64,000 nt of DNA. It comes from an uncultured Chloroflexia bacterium. Its GTDB lineage: Bacteria; Chloroflexota; Limnocylindria; Limnocylindrales; CSP1-4. The notes under the pieces are model-generated. The model did no database searches. It worked only from the letters and a program-made list of their open reading frames with translations, and was not told the origin of the DNA. The stretch spans positions 1,376,001-1,440,000 of the forward strand of contig CAWHDR010000001.1 in assembly GCA_963828165.1 (NCBI GenBank), given 5' to 3'. Each line of letters starts with the position of its first letter. The first letter of the stretch is position 1. The position numbers were made by a program, and so were the translations under genes. Below, one piece after another: positions 11,496 through 20,971 of this stretch.

Positions 11496-12778
11496 ACCCA
11501 CCAGTCGAAGTAGGTCGAGCCCATCCCCCACACGTTGATGAGGACACCGATCGCGATCGCGATGCAGGCCTCGAACGAGATGCGACCCCTGAGGCCCCGA
11601 GCGGTCAGCAGGAACAGGAACGGGTACAGGTCCTGGGCGTATCGGAATCCGAACTGTTCGCCACCGGCGTCGGCGTGCAGCAGGATCGGGATGAGGATGA
11701 GCGCGACGGACACCCACGCGCCGAGGTTGAACCAGTCGGGTCGTCGGGCCCGGATCGACCACAGGAACAGCGGGGTCGTCAGCACGATCGACAGCCCGCC
11801 CAGGTGGCGCGACTGGATCCACGGGAAACCGTTGACCTGGGCGGGAGCGCTCAGGAACAGGGCGTACAGCTTGCGTGGGATGTTGACGATGCTGAAGAAG
11901 CCATCGCGGTACTGCGTTTCCTGGAGGAGACCCGGGATGAGCGCGTATCCGGTCTGAAGCGGCGATCCGAACCGCATGTAGTTGTAGATGAGGTAGCCAA
12001 CGACCGGAAGCGCCGCCCCGGCCGCGAGTGGCGTTCCGAGGTCGATGAACCGGCGCAGGCTCGGGCGGGCTTCGCGCGCTGGCGGGCGGGCCACGAGCAG
12101 CGAACCGAACACCGTCCGATCGTTCGTCGCCTCCCGGTGCGCGGCATCCGCGATGTAGGCCATGAAGAACGGTGCGGCCAGCATCAGTGGCAGCCGCGAG
12201 ATCACGGCCGCGCCGAACAGCAGCCCGATGAGACCCGCGCGGGCATCCAGCTGGCAGGCCCGGATCGCGAGCAGCATGAAGAAGGTGGCGACCACGTGCG
12301 CGAAGTGCCACGAGGACCCAGCCTGGGCCGAGTACCAGACGATCGTCCCGAACGCGAACACCAGCGCGAGCACGAGGGCCGGGCGCCGCGCCGCGCCCAT
12401 CCCACGCAGCACGGCGTGCATGACGACGACGTTCGCGGCGCCGAGCAAGATCGACGCCCACGCCTGGTCGAAGCCAGGTCCGAACAGCAGCACGGCCGGC
12501 AGCAGGACGATCGCGGGCATCGGCGGGTAGACGACGAACGCCAGGCCGTTGAACGGGACCAACTCGTTCAGATTCCCCGGCATCTCCGTCAGGCCGAGCC
12601 GACCGTGCAGGAACGCATCGGCCAGGGGCACGAAGTAGTCGAGCTGCGCCTCGCGGCCGTTGTTCAGCCAGGCGTACACCGCTACGGCCAGGACGAACAG
12701 GCCCGCCGGGATGAAGACACCGTCGACCAGCTCGGCCCGGTCGGCGGGTTCGGATCGGCGGTCTGCGTCGAGCGTCAT
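11492..12778 (-). CDS. Multi-TM membrane protein, putative GT-C glycosyltransferase
   Basis: LADAFLHGRL, VYPPMPA, YNYMRFGSP, GGEQFGFRY motifs; RBS GGAGG. Confidence 0.7.
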   Translation of the reverse strand: MTLDADRRSEPADRAELVDGVFIPAGLFVLAVAVYAWLNNGREAQLDYFVPLADAFLHGRLGLTEMPGNLNELVPFNGLAFVVYPPMPAIVLLPAVLLFGPGFDQAWASILLGAANVVVMHAVLRGMGAARRPALVLALVFAFGTIVWYSAQAGSSWHFAHVVATFFMLLAIRACQLDARAGLIGLLFGAAVISRLPLMLAAPFFMAYIADAAHREATNDRTVFGSLLVARPPAREARPSLRRFIDLGTPLAAGAALPVVGYLIYNYMRFGSPLQTGYALIPGLLQETQYRDGFFSIVNIPRKLYALFLSAPAQVNGFPWIQSRHLGGLSIVLTTPLFLWSIRARRPDWFNLGAWVSVALILIPILLHADAGGEQFGFRYAQDLYPFLFLLTARGLRGRISFEACIAIAIGVLINVWGMGSTYFDWWV

Positions 12779-12836
12779 CGCCTCCTGCCCTGGTCACGCC
12801 GACATCGGTGGTGGCCGGCGCGATGATACCCGGGCC

Positions 12837-14147
12837 ATGACGGAGCGAACGATCCTCCACGTCGACCTGGACGCGTTCTTCGCGGCCGTGGAGCAACGCG
12901 ATCGCCCGGAATTGCGCGGCTTGCCCGTCATCGTCGGTGGGGATCCACGCGGCCGCGGGGTCGTGTCGGCGGCGAGCTACGAGGCTCGCCGCTTCGGGGT
13001 GCACTCGGCGATGTCGCTCCGCGAGGCCGTCCGGCGCTGTCCGGATGGCGTGTTCCTGCCGGTCGACGGCCGGCGTTACCAGCAGGCTTCGCGTGATGTG
13101 ATGGCGGTCCTGCGTCGGTTCACGCCGCAGGTCGAGCCGATCTCGATCGACGAGGCGTTCCTGGACGTCACCGGGTCACGCCAGCTCTTCGGCGACGGCG
13201 CGACCATCGCCCGGCTCATCAAGGCCGGCGTCCGCGAGGAGGTCGGGCTGACCGTGTCGGTCGGGGTCGCGCGGACCAAGCTCGTGGCCAAGATCGCGTC
13301 GGACCTGCGCAAGCCGGATGGGCTGGTCGTCGTGGCGAGCGGGGAGGAGGCCGCGTTCCTCGCGCCGCTCCCGATCTCGCGGCTGTGGGGCGTAGGCGAG
13401 AAGACGGCCGTGGTCCTGGCCGAGTACGGGGTTCGCACGATCGGTGACCTCGCGGCGCTCGCGCCGGACGTCGTGGTCCGGCGGTTCGGCAAGCACGGCG
13501 GCTCGCTCGTGGAGCGCGCGCGTGGCATCGATGCCGACCCGGTCCACGCAGGCGACCCGGCGAAGTCCGTCGGACACGAGCACACCTTCGATGTGGATAC
13601 CAGCGACCCGGAGATCATCGAGCGCACGATCCTTGGCATGGCCGACGGGGTCGCCGGGCGGTTGCGCTCGGCCGGTGTGCGCGCATCGACCATCGCCGTG
13701 AAGATCCGCGACTCGTCCTTCCGCACGATCACGCGGCAGCGAACCCTGCCGGAGCCGACGGACATGACCGAGCCGATCTTCCACACCGCGCTCGAGCTCG
13801 CCCGGCCGGAGGTCCGCGGCATCCGCGTGCGCCTGCTGGGCGTCACCGCGTCCAACCTGGGCGAGCGCGAGCAGCTGGGGCTGTTCCCCAGCGACGATCC
13901 CCGCCACCGGGCCGCCATCGAAGCTGCGGACGAGCTTCGACGACGGTATGGCGAGGGCGCCGTCACCCGCGGTCGGCTGGTCGGTGCGCGGTTGCCAGCG
14001 CCGTTCGAACGCGATCCACGGAACCCGCTCGACCTGCGTGCGCGGGGCGTGCCCATCGAAGGCCCGGAGCCCGATCCCGATGCCGCGATCGATCGTGACA
14101 GCCTAGGTGACACGGACCTCGACGACAGTCCATCCGACGACGCTTGA
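12837..14147 (+). CDS. dinB: Y-family DNA polymerase IV
   Basis: LHVDLDAFFAAVE, SYEARRFGV, SIDEAF, KPDG; beta-clamp motif QLGLF; RecA-NT-like tail. Confidence 0.95.
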   Translation: MTERTILHVDLDAFFAAVEQRDRPELRGLPVIVGGDPRGRGVVSAASYEARRFGVHSAMSLREAVRRCPDGVFLPVDGRRYQQASRDVMAVLRRFTPQVEPISIDEAFLDVTGSRQLFGDGATIARLIKAGVREEVGLTVSVGVARTKLVAKIASDLRKPDGLVVVASGEEAAFLAPLPISRLWGVGEKTAVVLAEYGVRTIGDLAALAPDVVVRRFGKHGGSLVERARGIDADPVHAGDPAKSVGHEHTFDVDTSDPEIIERTILGMADGVAGRLRSAGVRASTIAVKIRDSSFRTITRQRTLPEPTDMTEPIFHTALELARPEVRGIRVRLLGVTASNLGEREQLGLFPSDDPRHRAAIEAADELRRRYGEGAVTRGRLVGARLPAPFERDPRNPLDLRARGVPIEGPEPDPDAAIDRDSLGDTDLDDSPSDDA

Positions 14148-14196
14148 CATCGAACACTTGTTCGGTCTAGTGTCGAAGTCATCGAACAGATGTTCT
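14144..14196 (+). promoter_or_regulatory. SOS-regulated promoter with two LexA boxes
   Basis: TTGACA 14144-14149 overlaps the dinB stop; CGAACACTTGTTCG 14151-14164; CGAACAGATGTTCT 14183-14196. Confidence 0.88.
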
Positions 14197-14260
14197 GTCG
14201 GCCGAGTGCCCCGGGCGACGAGATCCATATCGTCTTTGCCCCCGGAAAGGAACGAATGAC

Positions 14261-14533
14261 ATGGCATTCATCCGTGTCGCGCCGGTCCAGGTCCACGTTC
14301 GGACGGACTGGTTCAGCGGTCGCCCGCGTGAGGTCACCTGGGGCGACGAGCGTCTACCGATCACGCACCTGTCTGCCCTCCGCGAAGAAGCGGCCGCCTA
14401 TCCCGTGATCACCGGCCCGCGCACCCTGTTCGAGGTGGAGACCCCCAAGGCGCGCCTGTCGCTGACCTACCAGCATCGATCGCGCCGCTGGACGGTCACT
14501 GCCGTTGACAGGGAGCGTCGCGCAGCCGCCTAG
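14261..14533 (+). CDS. Small SOS-boxed protein, ImuB-C/DUF6504-like
   Basis: RBS AAGGA; pattern PVQV...GRPREVTWG...FEVET...L.Y...RW resembles ImuB C-terminal/DUF6504 domains (by eye). Confidence 0.7.
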   Translation: MAFIRVAPVQVHVRTDWFSGRPREVTWGDERLPITHLSALREEAAAYPVITGPRTLFEVETPKARLSLTYQHRSRRWTVTAVDRERRAAA

Positions 14534-14548
14534 CCCTTCATGTCGTAG

Positions 14549-14581
14549 CGGGGCGGGTGCGCCGGTACCGCGCCCGCCCCG
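14549..14581 (+). terminator. GC-rich hairpin, putative terminator
   Basis: CGGGGCGGGTGCG...CGCGCCCGCCCCG inverted repeat after the stop; no U tract. Confidence 0.5.
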
Positions 14582-14643
14582 ACGCGACGTATCGCGGCGC
14601 GCGGGGCCGTTCGGTGCGTCGCGTGTCCACCTACAATCGGTGC

Positions 14644-15327
14644 GTGACTCCACCCACGGACGACTCCCATCGCTTCGGCGACATGACCCTCAGCGACTTC
14701 GTCGTTCGCCTCGGTTCATCGGATCCGGTGCCTGGAGGTGGCAGCGCGTCGGCGGTTGCGGCCGCGCTCGGCGCGAGCCTCGTGCGGATGGTCGCGTCAC
14801 TGTCCATCGGGAGACCCAAGTTCGCGGAGCACGAGGATCTCCTCAGGTGGGCGTTCGAGCGGGGTGACGAGCTCGCGGGTCGGTTCCTGGCGATGGCGGA
14901 CGAGGACGCGGCCGCGTTCGCCGACTTCGCTGCGGCCCTGAAGCTGCCAAAGACGAGCGATGCCGAGGCAGAAACGCGACGCATCGCCCTACGATCCGCG
15001 GCCCGTCACGCTTCCGAGGTGCCGCTCGCCTGTGTCGAGGCGTGCCTGGAGCTTGCCGGCGTCGCCGAGGCCCTCGCCGGCCGGAGCAACCAGAACGCCT
15101 CCAGCGACCTTAACGTGGCTGCCCTGCTCGCCGAGGCCGCCGCCCGGGGAGCCGCCGCCAACGTGATGGTCAACCTCCCGTCCATCGCAGATTCGGAGGT
15201 CGAAGGCGAGATGACGGCCCGGGTGTCGGAGCTCCTTTCGGCCATCGAGGATCTCGCCACGCAGACGCGCGAGGTCGTCGGGAGCGGCGAACCCGGCGAA
15301 CCGCGGCCGGCCCCGGAGCGCGGCTGA
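14644..15327 (+). CDS. fchA: Formiminotetrahydrofolate cyclodeaminase/cyclohydrolase family
   Basis: PVPGGGSASA, DEDAAAF, VPL, NVMVNL motifs; leaderless GTG 6 nt after TACAAT. Confidence 0.88.
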   Translation: MTPPTDDSHRFGDMTLSDFVVRLGSSDPVPGGGSASAVAAALGASLVRMVASLSIGRPKFAEHEDLLRWAFERGDELAGRFLAMADEDAAAFADFAAALKLPKTSDAEAETRRIALRSAARHASEVPLACVEACLELAGVAEALAGRSNQNASSDLNVAALLAEAAARGAAANVMVNLPSIADSEVEGEMTARVSELLSAIEDLATQTREVVGSGEPGEPRPAPERG

Positions 15328-15329
15328 CC

Positions 15330-16223
15330 GTGTCGGACGGCCCGAGCGCACGTCGTCTCGAAGGGAAGCCGATCGCCGACGAGATCCGCGCAGCGGTCGC
15401 CGAAGACGTCGTCGCATTCACCCAGGAGCAGGGCCGACCGCCCGGCCTCGCCGTCGTCATCGTCGGGCGCGACGCGCCCTCCACGGTCTATCTCGAGCAG
15501 ATCATCCGCGGCTGCGCCAAGGTCGGGATCGACGCACGCTTCGTGGAGCTGGAAGGCGAAGCGACCGAAGTGTCCGTCGTCGACACGATCCGAGAGCTCA
15601 ACGCCGATCCCCGCGTCGACGGGGTCATCGTCCAGATGCCGCTACCGCCGACGATCCGCCTGCGCTCCGTCATCGACGCCATCGATCCGGACAAGGACAT
15701 CGACGGCATCCACCCGCTCAATGCGGGGCTGCTGCGTCTCGGGTACGACGGGTTCCTGCCGGCGACGGCCCACGCCTCGGTCGAGATCCTGCGACGCTCC
15801 GGCATCGAGATCGCGGGTCGCGATGCCGTGGTCATCGGTCGCTCGGCGGTCGTCGGCATGCCGGCGGCGTTCCTGCTCGTGAAGGAGGACGCCACGGTCA
15901 CGGTCTGCCACCGGCGGACGCGCGACCTTGCCGCGAGGACCCGGGAGGCCGACATCGTCATCGTGGCCGCGGGGCACCCAGGCCTCGTCACCGGTGAGAT
16001 GCTGAAGCCGCGTGCCGTCGTCGTCGATGTCGGCATCAATATCGTGGACGGGCGGATCGTCGGCGACGTAGAGTTCGAGTCCGCCGCGCGCGTCGCGAGT
16101 GCCATCACGCCGGTGCCCGGTGGCGTCGGCCCGTTGACCAACGCCCTGCTCCTGACCCATCTCATCCGCGCCGCCGAACGGCACGCGGGCGCGACCGAAC
16201 CGGCTCCGGCCGCCGGGCGCTGA
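15330..16223 (+). CDS. folD: Bifunctional methylene-THF dehydrogenase/cyclohydrolase
   Basis: VQMPLP, KDIDG, VIGRSAVVGMP, ITPVPGGVGPLT. Confidence 0.96.
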   Translation: MSDGPSARRLEGKPIADEIRAAVAEDVVAFTQEQGRPPGLAVVIVGRDAPSTVYLEQIIRGCAKVGIDARFVELEGEATEVSVVDTIRELNADPRVDGVIVQMPLPPTIRLRSVIDAIDPDKDIDGIHPLNAGLLRLGYDGFLPATAHASVEILRRSGIEIAGRDAVVIGRSAVVGMPAAFLLVKEDATVTVCHRRTRDLAARTREADIVIVAAGHPGLVTGEMLKPRAVVVDVGINIVDGRIVGDVEFESAARVASAITPVPGGVGPLTNALLLTHLIRAAERHAGATEPAPAAGR

Positions 16224-16247
16224 TCCCGCCCACGATCGAGGAGATCG

Positions 16248-17954
16248 ATGAGCTTCCCGTCCGACCTCGACATCGCGCGCTCCGTGACCCCGCGGCCGAT
16301 CGTGGACATCGCCGCCGAGCTGGGCATCCTGCCCGACGAGCTCGAGCTGTACGGACCGACCAAGGCCAAGGTGACGCTCGCTGCGATCACGCGCCTCGAA
16401 GCCGCGCGCCCGCGCGGGAAGTACGTCGTGGTCACGGCGATCACGCCGACGCCGCTCGGCGAGGGCAAGTCGACGACGACGGTGGGCCTTGCCCAGGGCC
16501 TCAACCAGATCGGCCACCGGGCGTCGGTCAATATCCGCCAGCCGTCGCTCGGGCCCGTGTTCGGGATCAAGGGCGGCGCGGCCGGCGGTGGCTACAGCCA
16601 GGTCATCCCGATGGAGGACTTCAACCTCCACCTGACCGGCGACGTCCACGCGATCGGCGCGGCCCACAATCTTGCCGGCGCATTCATCGACAACAGCCTC
16701 CACCACAAGAATCCGCTCGGCATCGACCCGCACGCGGTCCTCTGGCCGCGCGTGCTCGACATCAGCGATCGGGCGCTGCGCCACATCGTCCTTGGGCTCG
16801 GTGGACGCCAGGACGGTGTCCCGCGCGAGACCGAGTTCGTCATCACGGTCGCGTCCGAGGTGATGGCCGTCCTCGCGCTCGCGACCGACATCCACGACCT
16901 GCGGGCGCGGCTGGGACGGACGGTGCTGGCCACGCGCGTTGATGGCACGCCGGTGACCGCGGACGACCTCGGGGTCGCCGGCGCCATGACCGTCCTGCTC
17001 CGCGACGCGATCAAGCCGAACCTGCTCCAGACGCTCGAGGGTGGCCCAGCGTTCGTCCACGCCGGCCCGTTCGCGAACATCGCCCATGGCAACAACTCGA
17101 TCATCGCGGACCGGCTCGCCCTCGCCACGAACGACATCGTCTGCACGGAGGCGGGCTTCGGGGCCGACATGGGTGCCGAGAAGTTCTTCGACATCAAGTG
17201 CCGGGCGTCCGGGCTAGCCCCGGATGCGGCCGTGGTGGTCGCCACCGTCCGGGCACTCAAGATGCACGGCGGGGTCGGCCGCATCGTGGCCGGCAAGCCG
17301 CTCGACCCGGCCCTGCTCGAAGAGAACGTCGAAGCCGTTCGGACCGGGGCGTCGAACCTCGCGGCCCACATCGAGATCGTCCGCAAGTTCGGCATCCCCG
17401 CGGTCGTCGCCATCAATGCCTTCCCGACCGACACGCCCGCCGAGGTCGAAGCGATCCGCGAGGCGGCGCTGGCGGCCGGGGCGCGTGACGCCGTGCTCGC
17501 CACGCACTTCTCGGACGGTGGGAAGGGCGCAACCGCGTTGGCCGAGGCGGTCTGGGACGCCGCGGAGGATCCGTCGCGCTCGTTCCGGCTCCTCTATCCC
17601 GACGAGGCGCCGCTCGGCGAGAAGATCCACACGATCGCGACCCAGATCTACGGGGCGGACGGCATCGACCTGACGCCGGCTGCCCAGAAGTCGCTGAAGC
17701 TGTATGAGTCACTCGGCTTCGGGCACCTGCCGGTCTGCATGGCCAAGACCCAGTACTCGCTCAGCCACGACGCGAACCTCCTCGGCCGGCCGGCGGGCTT
17801 CACGGTGCCGATCCGCGAGATCCGCCTGTCCGCGGGGGCGGGCTTCATCACGCCGTTGTGCGGCGAGATGCGGACGATGCCGGGGCTCCCGTCCGTGCCG
17901 GGCGGTCGCAACATCGACATCGACGCGGATGGGAACGTCGTCGGGCTGTTCTGA
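16248..17954 (+). CDS. fhs: Formate--tetrahydrofolate ligase
   Basis: [57 protein letters not shown]. Confidence 0.98.
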   Translation: MSFPSDLDIARSVTPRPIVDIAAELGILPDELELYGPTKAKVTLAAITRLEAARPRGKYVVVTAITPTPLGEGKSTTTVGLAQGLNQIGHRASVNIRQPSLGPVFGIKGGAAGGGYSQVIPMEDFNLHLTGDVHAIGAAHNLAGAFIDNSLHHKNPLGIDPHAVLWPRVLDISDRALRHIVLGLGGRQDGVPRETEFVITVASEVMAVLALATDIHDLRARLGRTVLATRVDGTPVTADDLGVAGAMTVLLRDAIKPNLLQTLEGGPAFVHAGPFANIAHGNNSIIADRLALATNDIVCTEAGFGADMGAEKFFDIKCRASGLAPDAAVVVATVRALKMHGGVGRIVAGKPLDPALLEENVEAVRTGASNLAAHIEIVRKFGIPAVVAINAFPTDTPAEVEAIREAALAAGARDAVLATHFSDGGKGATALAEAVWDAAEDPSRSFRLLYPDEAPLGEKIHTIATQIYGADGIDLTPAAQKSLKLYESLGFGHLPVCMAKTQYSLSHDANLLGRPAGFTVPIREIRLSAGAGFITPLCGEMRTMPGLPSVPGGRNIDIDADGNVVGLF

Positions 17955-17978
17955 GCGCTCCGGAGCGCCGTCGAGCCG

Positions 17979-18566
17979 TCAGGACTCCCGTCGCCGACCC
18001 GCCACCAGGAAGATGCCGGCCGCCAGGCCCGTGAGGGCGACGAGACCCACGAGGATCGCGATGACTCCGGTGACCACTGGCTCGGCGGTTCCGCTCGGAT
18101 CGGGTTGCGCCACCGGGACTGCCGGCGGACCCAGCACCTCCGTCGCCGACTGGAGCATCCGTTGCCCCTCGGGCGTGGCGAGCGCGGCGTGGGGCGAGCA
18201 CAGGTTGACCCCGAACTTGCCGGCTTCAGCCCGATAGGCGGCGAAGATCCATTCGCTGTTGGCCGGTGGCCGCGCCGTCCCGCACGTCCCGCCCAACGGA
18301 TCCTCGAAGCTCGCGTTGTCGAGCCAAACCACGGCCTGCGGCGCCGCGCCACGGAACCAGCCGGTGAGGACGACGGGCGTACCCTGCGCAGCGGGCTCCT
18401 GGACCACGCCCGTGAAGATCGCCTGCTCGGGGTCGCGCGCGGCGGTGGCGATGGGATCGGCGTCCATGATGCAACTGCAGGCCACGGCGGAGCCCACCGC
18501 GACCGGGCGGACGAGCAGCCCCAGGCTGAGCGCCATCATCGCGATGAGGATTCGACGGCGTCTCAT
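17979..18566 (-). CDS. Secreted/anchored protein with TIMP-like N-terminal CSC motif
   Basis: Signal peptide ending AVA, then CSC, two further Cys, C-terminal TM and RRR; RBS GGAGG. Confidence 0.7.
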   Translation of the reverse strand: MRRRRILIAMMALSLGLLVRPVAVGSAVACSCIMDADPIATAARDPEQAIFTGVVQEPAAQGTPVVLTGWFRGAAPQAVVWLDNASFEDPLGGTCGTARPPANSEWIFAAYRAEAGKFGVNLCSPHAALATPEGQRMLQSATEVLGPPAVPVAQPDPSGTAEPVVTGVIAILVGLVALTGLAAGIFLVAGRRRES

Positions 18567-18710
18567 GGGAAACCCTCCGGAGTCGGCGGGAGACGGAGCG
18601 ATGGACGTGGGACGTTCATCCGCAGGGACGGGCCGACACTCGGCGATGTTCCGTAGACGGGCGGCCGAGCTCTCCCCGGCCAGTGACCCGGCGAGTGGCA
18701 GCGGTTGTGG

Positions 18711-18932
18711 TCAGGCAGGCAACGTCGCGAGCACGAAGGCGGCGGCAACGGCCAGCCCGAGCAGGACCCCGAGGATCGCCGCACCCCAGGCCGGCCCATC
18801 CACTGGGCCGAGCGCCTGCTCGGCATGAGCGTGATCGTCGTGCCCGTGCTCGTCGCCGTGATCTTCGGTCGCGTGGTGGGCCACTGCGCCATCGTGGCCC
18901 GGTGCGTCCGTCTCGTGCTCGTCAGTCGCCAT
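18711..18932 (-). CDS. Small His/Asp-rich membrane-anchored protein
   Basis: RBS GGAGG; 9 His in the first 36 aa; single C-terminal TM. Confidence 0.7.
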   Translation of the reverse strand: MATDEHETDAPGHDGAVAHHATEDHGDEHGHDDHAHAEQALGPVDGPAWGAAILGVLLGLAVAAAFVLATLPA

Positions 18933-18997
18933 GCATGACCTCCGGACCGGATTGTCGCAGACCGGCCCCGCGCGGACGAGCCCGTAGACTCGGTCGC

Positions 18998-20311
18998 ATG
19001 TCTCCTGACAGGCCCGCCGCCGACGTCGATGCCGGACTCGTGGCCAGCCTTCGCGGCCTGGACCGGAACGGCCGTGCCCTGTTCGCGATGCGGACCCTGC
19101 GGATGTTCGGCTACGGCTTCCTCGCGGTCGCCCTGGTCCTGTATCTCGACGCCCTCGGTCTCGACGCCTGGACGATCGGAGTCGTGCTCACGCTCACGCT
19201 CGTCGGCGACACGATCGTCTCGCTCTGGCTGACGACCCACGCCGATCGGCTGGGCCGGCGCCGCGTGCTCGTCGCGGGGTCGATCCTGATGGTTGTCGCC
19301 GGCGTGGTGTTTGCGCTCACCGACTGGGTGCCGCTGCTCATCGTCGCGGCGACGATCGGGGTCATCTCGCCGACCGGCAACGAAGTCGGCCCATTCCTCG
19401 CCATCGAGCAGGCCGCGCTGTCCCAGACCGTGCCCGAGCGTCGGCGTACGGCCACCTTCGCCTGGTACAACCTCGCCGGCTACCTGGCGACGGCGAGTGG
19501 TGCGCTCGGGGCCGGGCTGATCAGCCAGGTCCTGCTGGATCAAGGTGTGCCGGCGGTGGATGCTTATCGGGCGGTCGTCATCGGCTACGCCGTGGTCGGC
19601 CTCGGCCTGGCCGCTGGCTTCTCGCGGCTGGGCAGCGCCATCGAGGCGCCGCGGGCGGAGCGCAGGGGCGATGTGCGCGAGCGCTTCGGCCTGCATCGCT
19701 CGCGACGTGTCGTCCTGCGGCTGTCGGCCCTCTTCTCGCTCGACGCGTTTGCCGGCGGGTTCATCCCGCAAAGCCTGATGGCCTACTGGTTCCACGTCCG
19801 ATTCGGCGTGGAGCCGGCGATCCTCGGGGCCATCTTCTTCGGGGCCAACCTGCTGGCCGCCGTCTCGTCGCTGTCCGCTGCCCGGATCGCGGCGCGGATC
19901 GGGCTCGTCAACACGATGGTCTTCACCCATCTCCCCTCGAACGTCCTGCTCATCCTCGTCCCGCTGATGCCGAACCTGGAGCTGGCCGTCGCGGTGCTGC
20001 TGTTGCGGTTCAGCCTGAGCCAGATGGACGTGCCGACCCGGCAGTCGTACGTGATCTCCGTGGTGGATCCTGATGAACGTTCCGCGGCGGCTGGGGTGAC
20101 CGGCGTCGCCCGGAACGCCGGGGCGGCGATCTCGCCTTCACTGTCGGCGGTGATGATGGCGAATGCGGGCCTGATCGCCCTGCCATTCTTCCTCGCCGGC
20201 GGTCTGAAGATCGCCTACGACCTGCTGCTCTACCGCGACTTCCGATCGCAGTCGGAGCCCAGTGCGCCGGAGGGTGGGCCTAGACGGGACGAGCCGCGCG
20301 CCGCGGCTTGA
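18998..20311 (+). CDS. MFS transporter
   Basis: ADRLGRRR motif A, ~12 TM, SQMDVPTRQSY; ATG 7 nt after TAGACT. Confidence 0.92.
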   Translation: MSPDRPAADVDAGLVASLRGLDRNGRALFAMRTLRMFGYGFLAVALVLYLDALGLDAWTIGVVLTLTLVGDTIVSLWLTTHADRLGRRRVLVAGSILMVVAGVVFALTDWVPLLIVAATIGVISPTGNEVGPFLAIEQAALSQTVPERRRTATFAWYNLAGYLATASGALGAGLISQVLLDQGVPAVDAYRAVVIGYAVVGLGLAAGFSRLGSAIEAPRAERRGDVRERFGLHRSRRVVLRLSALFSLDAFAGGFIPQSLMAYWFHVRFGVEPAILGAIFFGANLLAAVSSLSAARIAARIGLVNTMVFTHLPSNVLLILVPLMPNLELAVAVLLLRFSLSQMDVPTRQSYVISVVDPDERSAAAGVTGVARNAGAAISPSLSAVMMANAGLIALPFFLAGGLKIAYDLLLYRDFRSQSEPSAPEGGPRRDEPRAAA

Positions 20312-20951
20312 TGATCCGGAACCAGATCCACGCGAGCACGACGACGCCGATCACGGCCAGGATCGCGTACTCGAACTGCTTGAGAAAGCCGCCGATCGTC
20401 TCCCAGTTGGCTCCGAGCTGGACGCCGGCAAAGACGAGCAGCGCCGTGAACGGCAGCGACCCCAGGAACGAGAAGACCGTGAAGCGCATGAGGGGCATGT
20501 GTGCGATGCCCGCTGCGAACGACACGAGCGAGCGGATGACCGGGATCATCCGACCGAAGAAGCTCGCGGCGTTCCCGTAGCGCAGGAAGAACGCGTCCGC
20601 CTTGTCGAGATCAGCGAGGGTGATGCCGAAGATCCGGCCCCAGCGCTCGAGGATGGGACGACCCCCCCAGGCGCCGATGCCGTACGCGACGAGCGACCCG
20701 ACCGTAGCCCCGAGGGTTCCGGCGAGGACCACGAGCCAGTACGACCATGGCTGCCCGGTCAGCGGCTCGATGGCGTCGCCTTCGCCCACGAGGAACCCGG
20801 CGAACGGCAGTACGAGCTCCGAGGGGATCGGCACGATGACGCTCTCGATGGCGACCCACAGGGCCACGCCGAGATACCCGACGGCCTCGTAGACCTGGGT
20901 CACCAGGTCGCGGACCGGGCCGTTCAGGAAGTCGAACACGGCCGGGAGCAT
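20280..20951 (-). CDS. DedA family membrane protein
   Basis: ESVIVPIPSELVLPFAG, FFGRMIPVIRSLVSFAAG. Confidence 0.93.
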   Translation of the reverse strand: MLPAVFDFLNGPVRDLVTQVYEAVGYLGVALWVAIESVIVPIPSELVLPFAGFLVGEGDAIEPLTGQPWSYWLVVLAGTLGATVGSLVAYGIGAWGGRPILERWGRIFGITLADLDKADAFFLRYGNAASFFGRMIPVIRSLVSFAAGIAHMPLMRFTVFSFLGSLPFTALLVFAGVQLGANWETIGGFLKQFEYAILAVIGVVVLAWIWFRIIKPRRAARPV

Positions 20952-20971
20952 AGCCGACTATCCTCGGCGAC

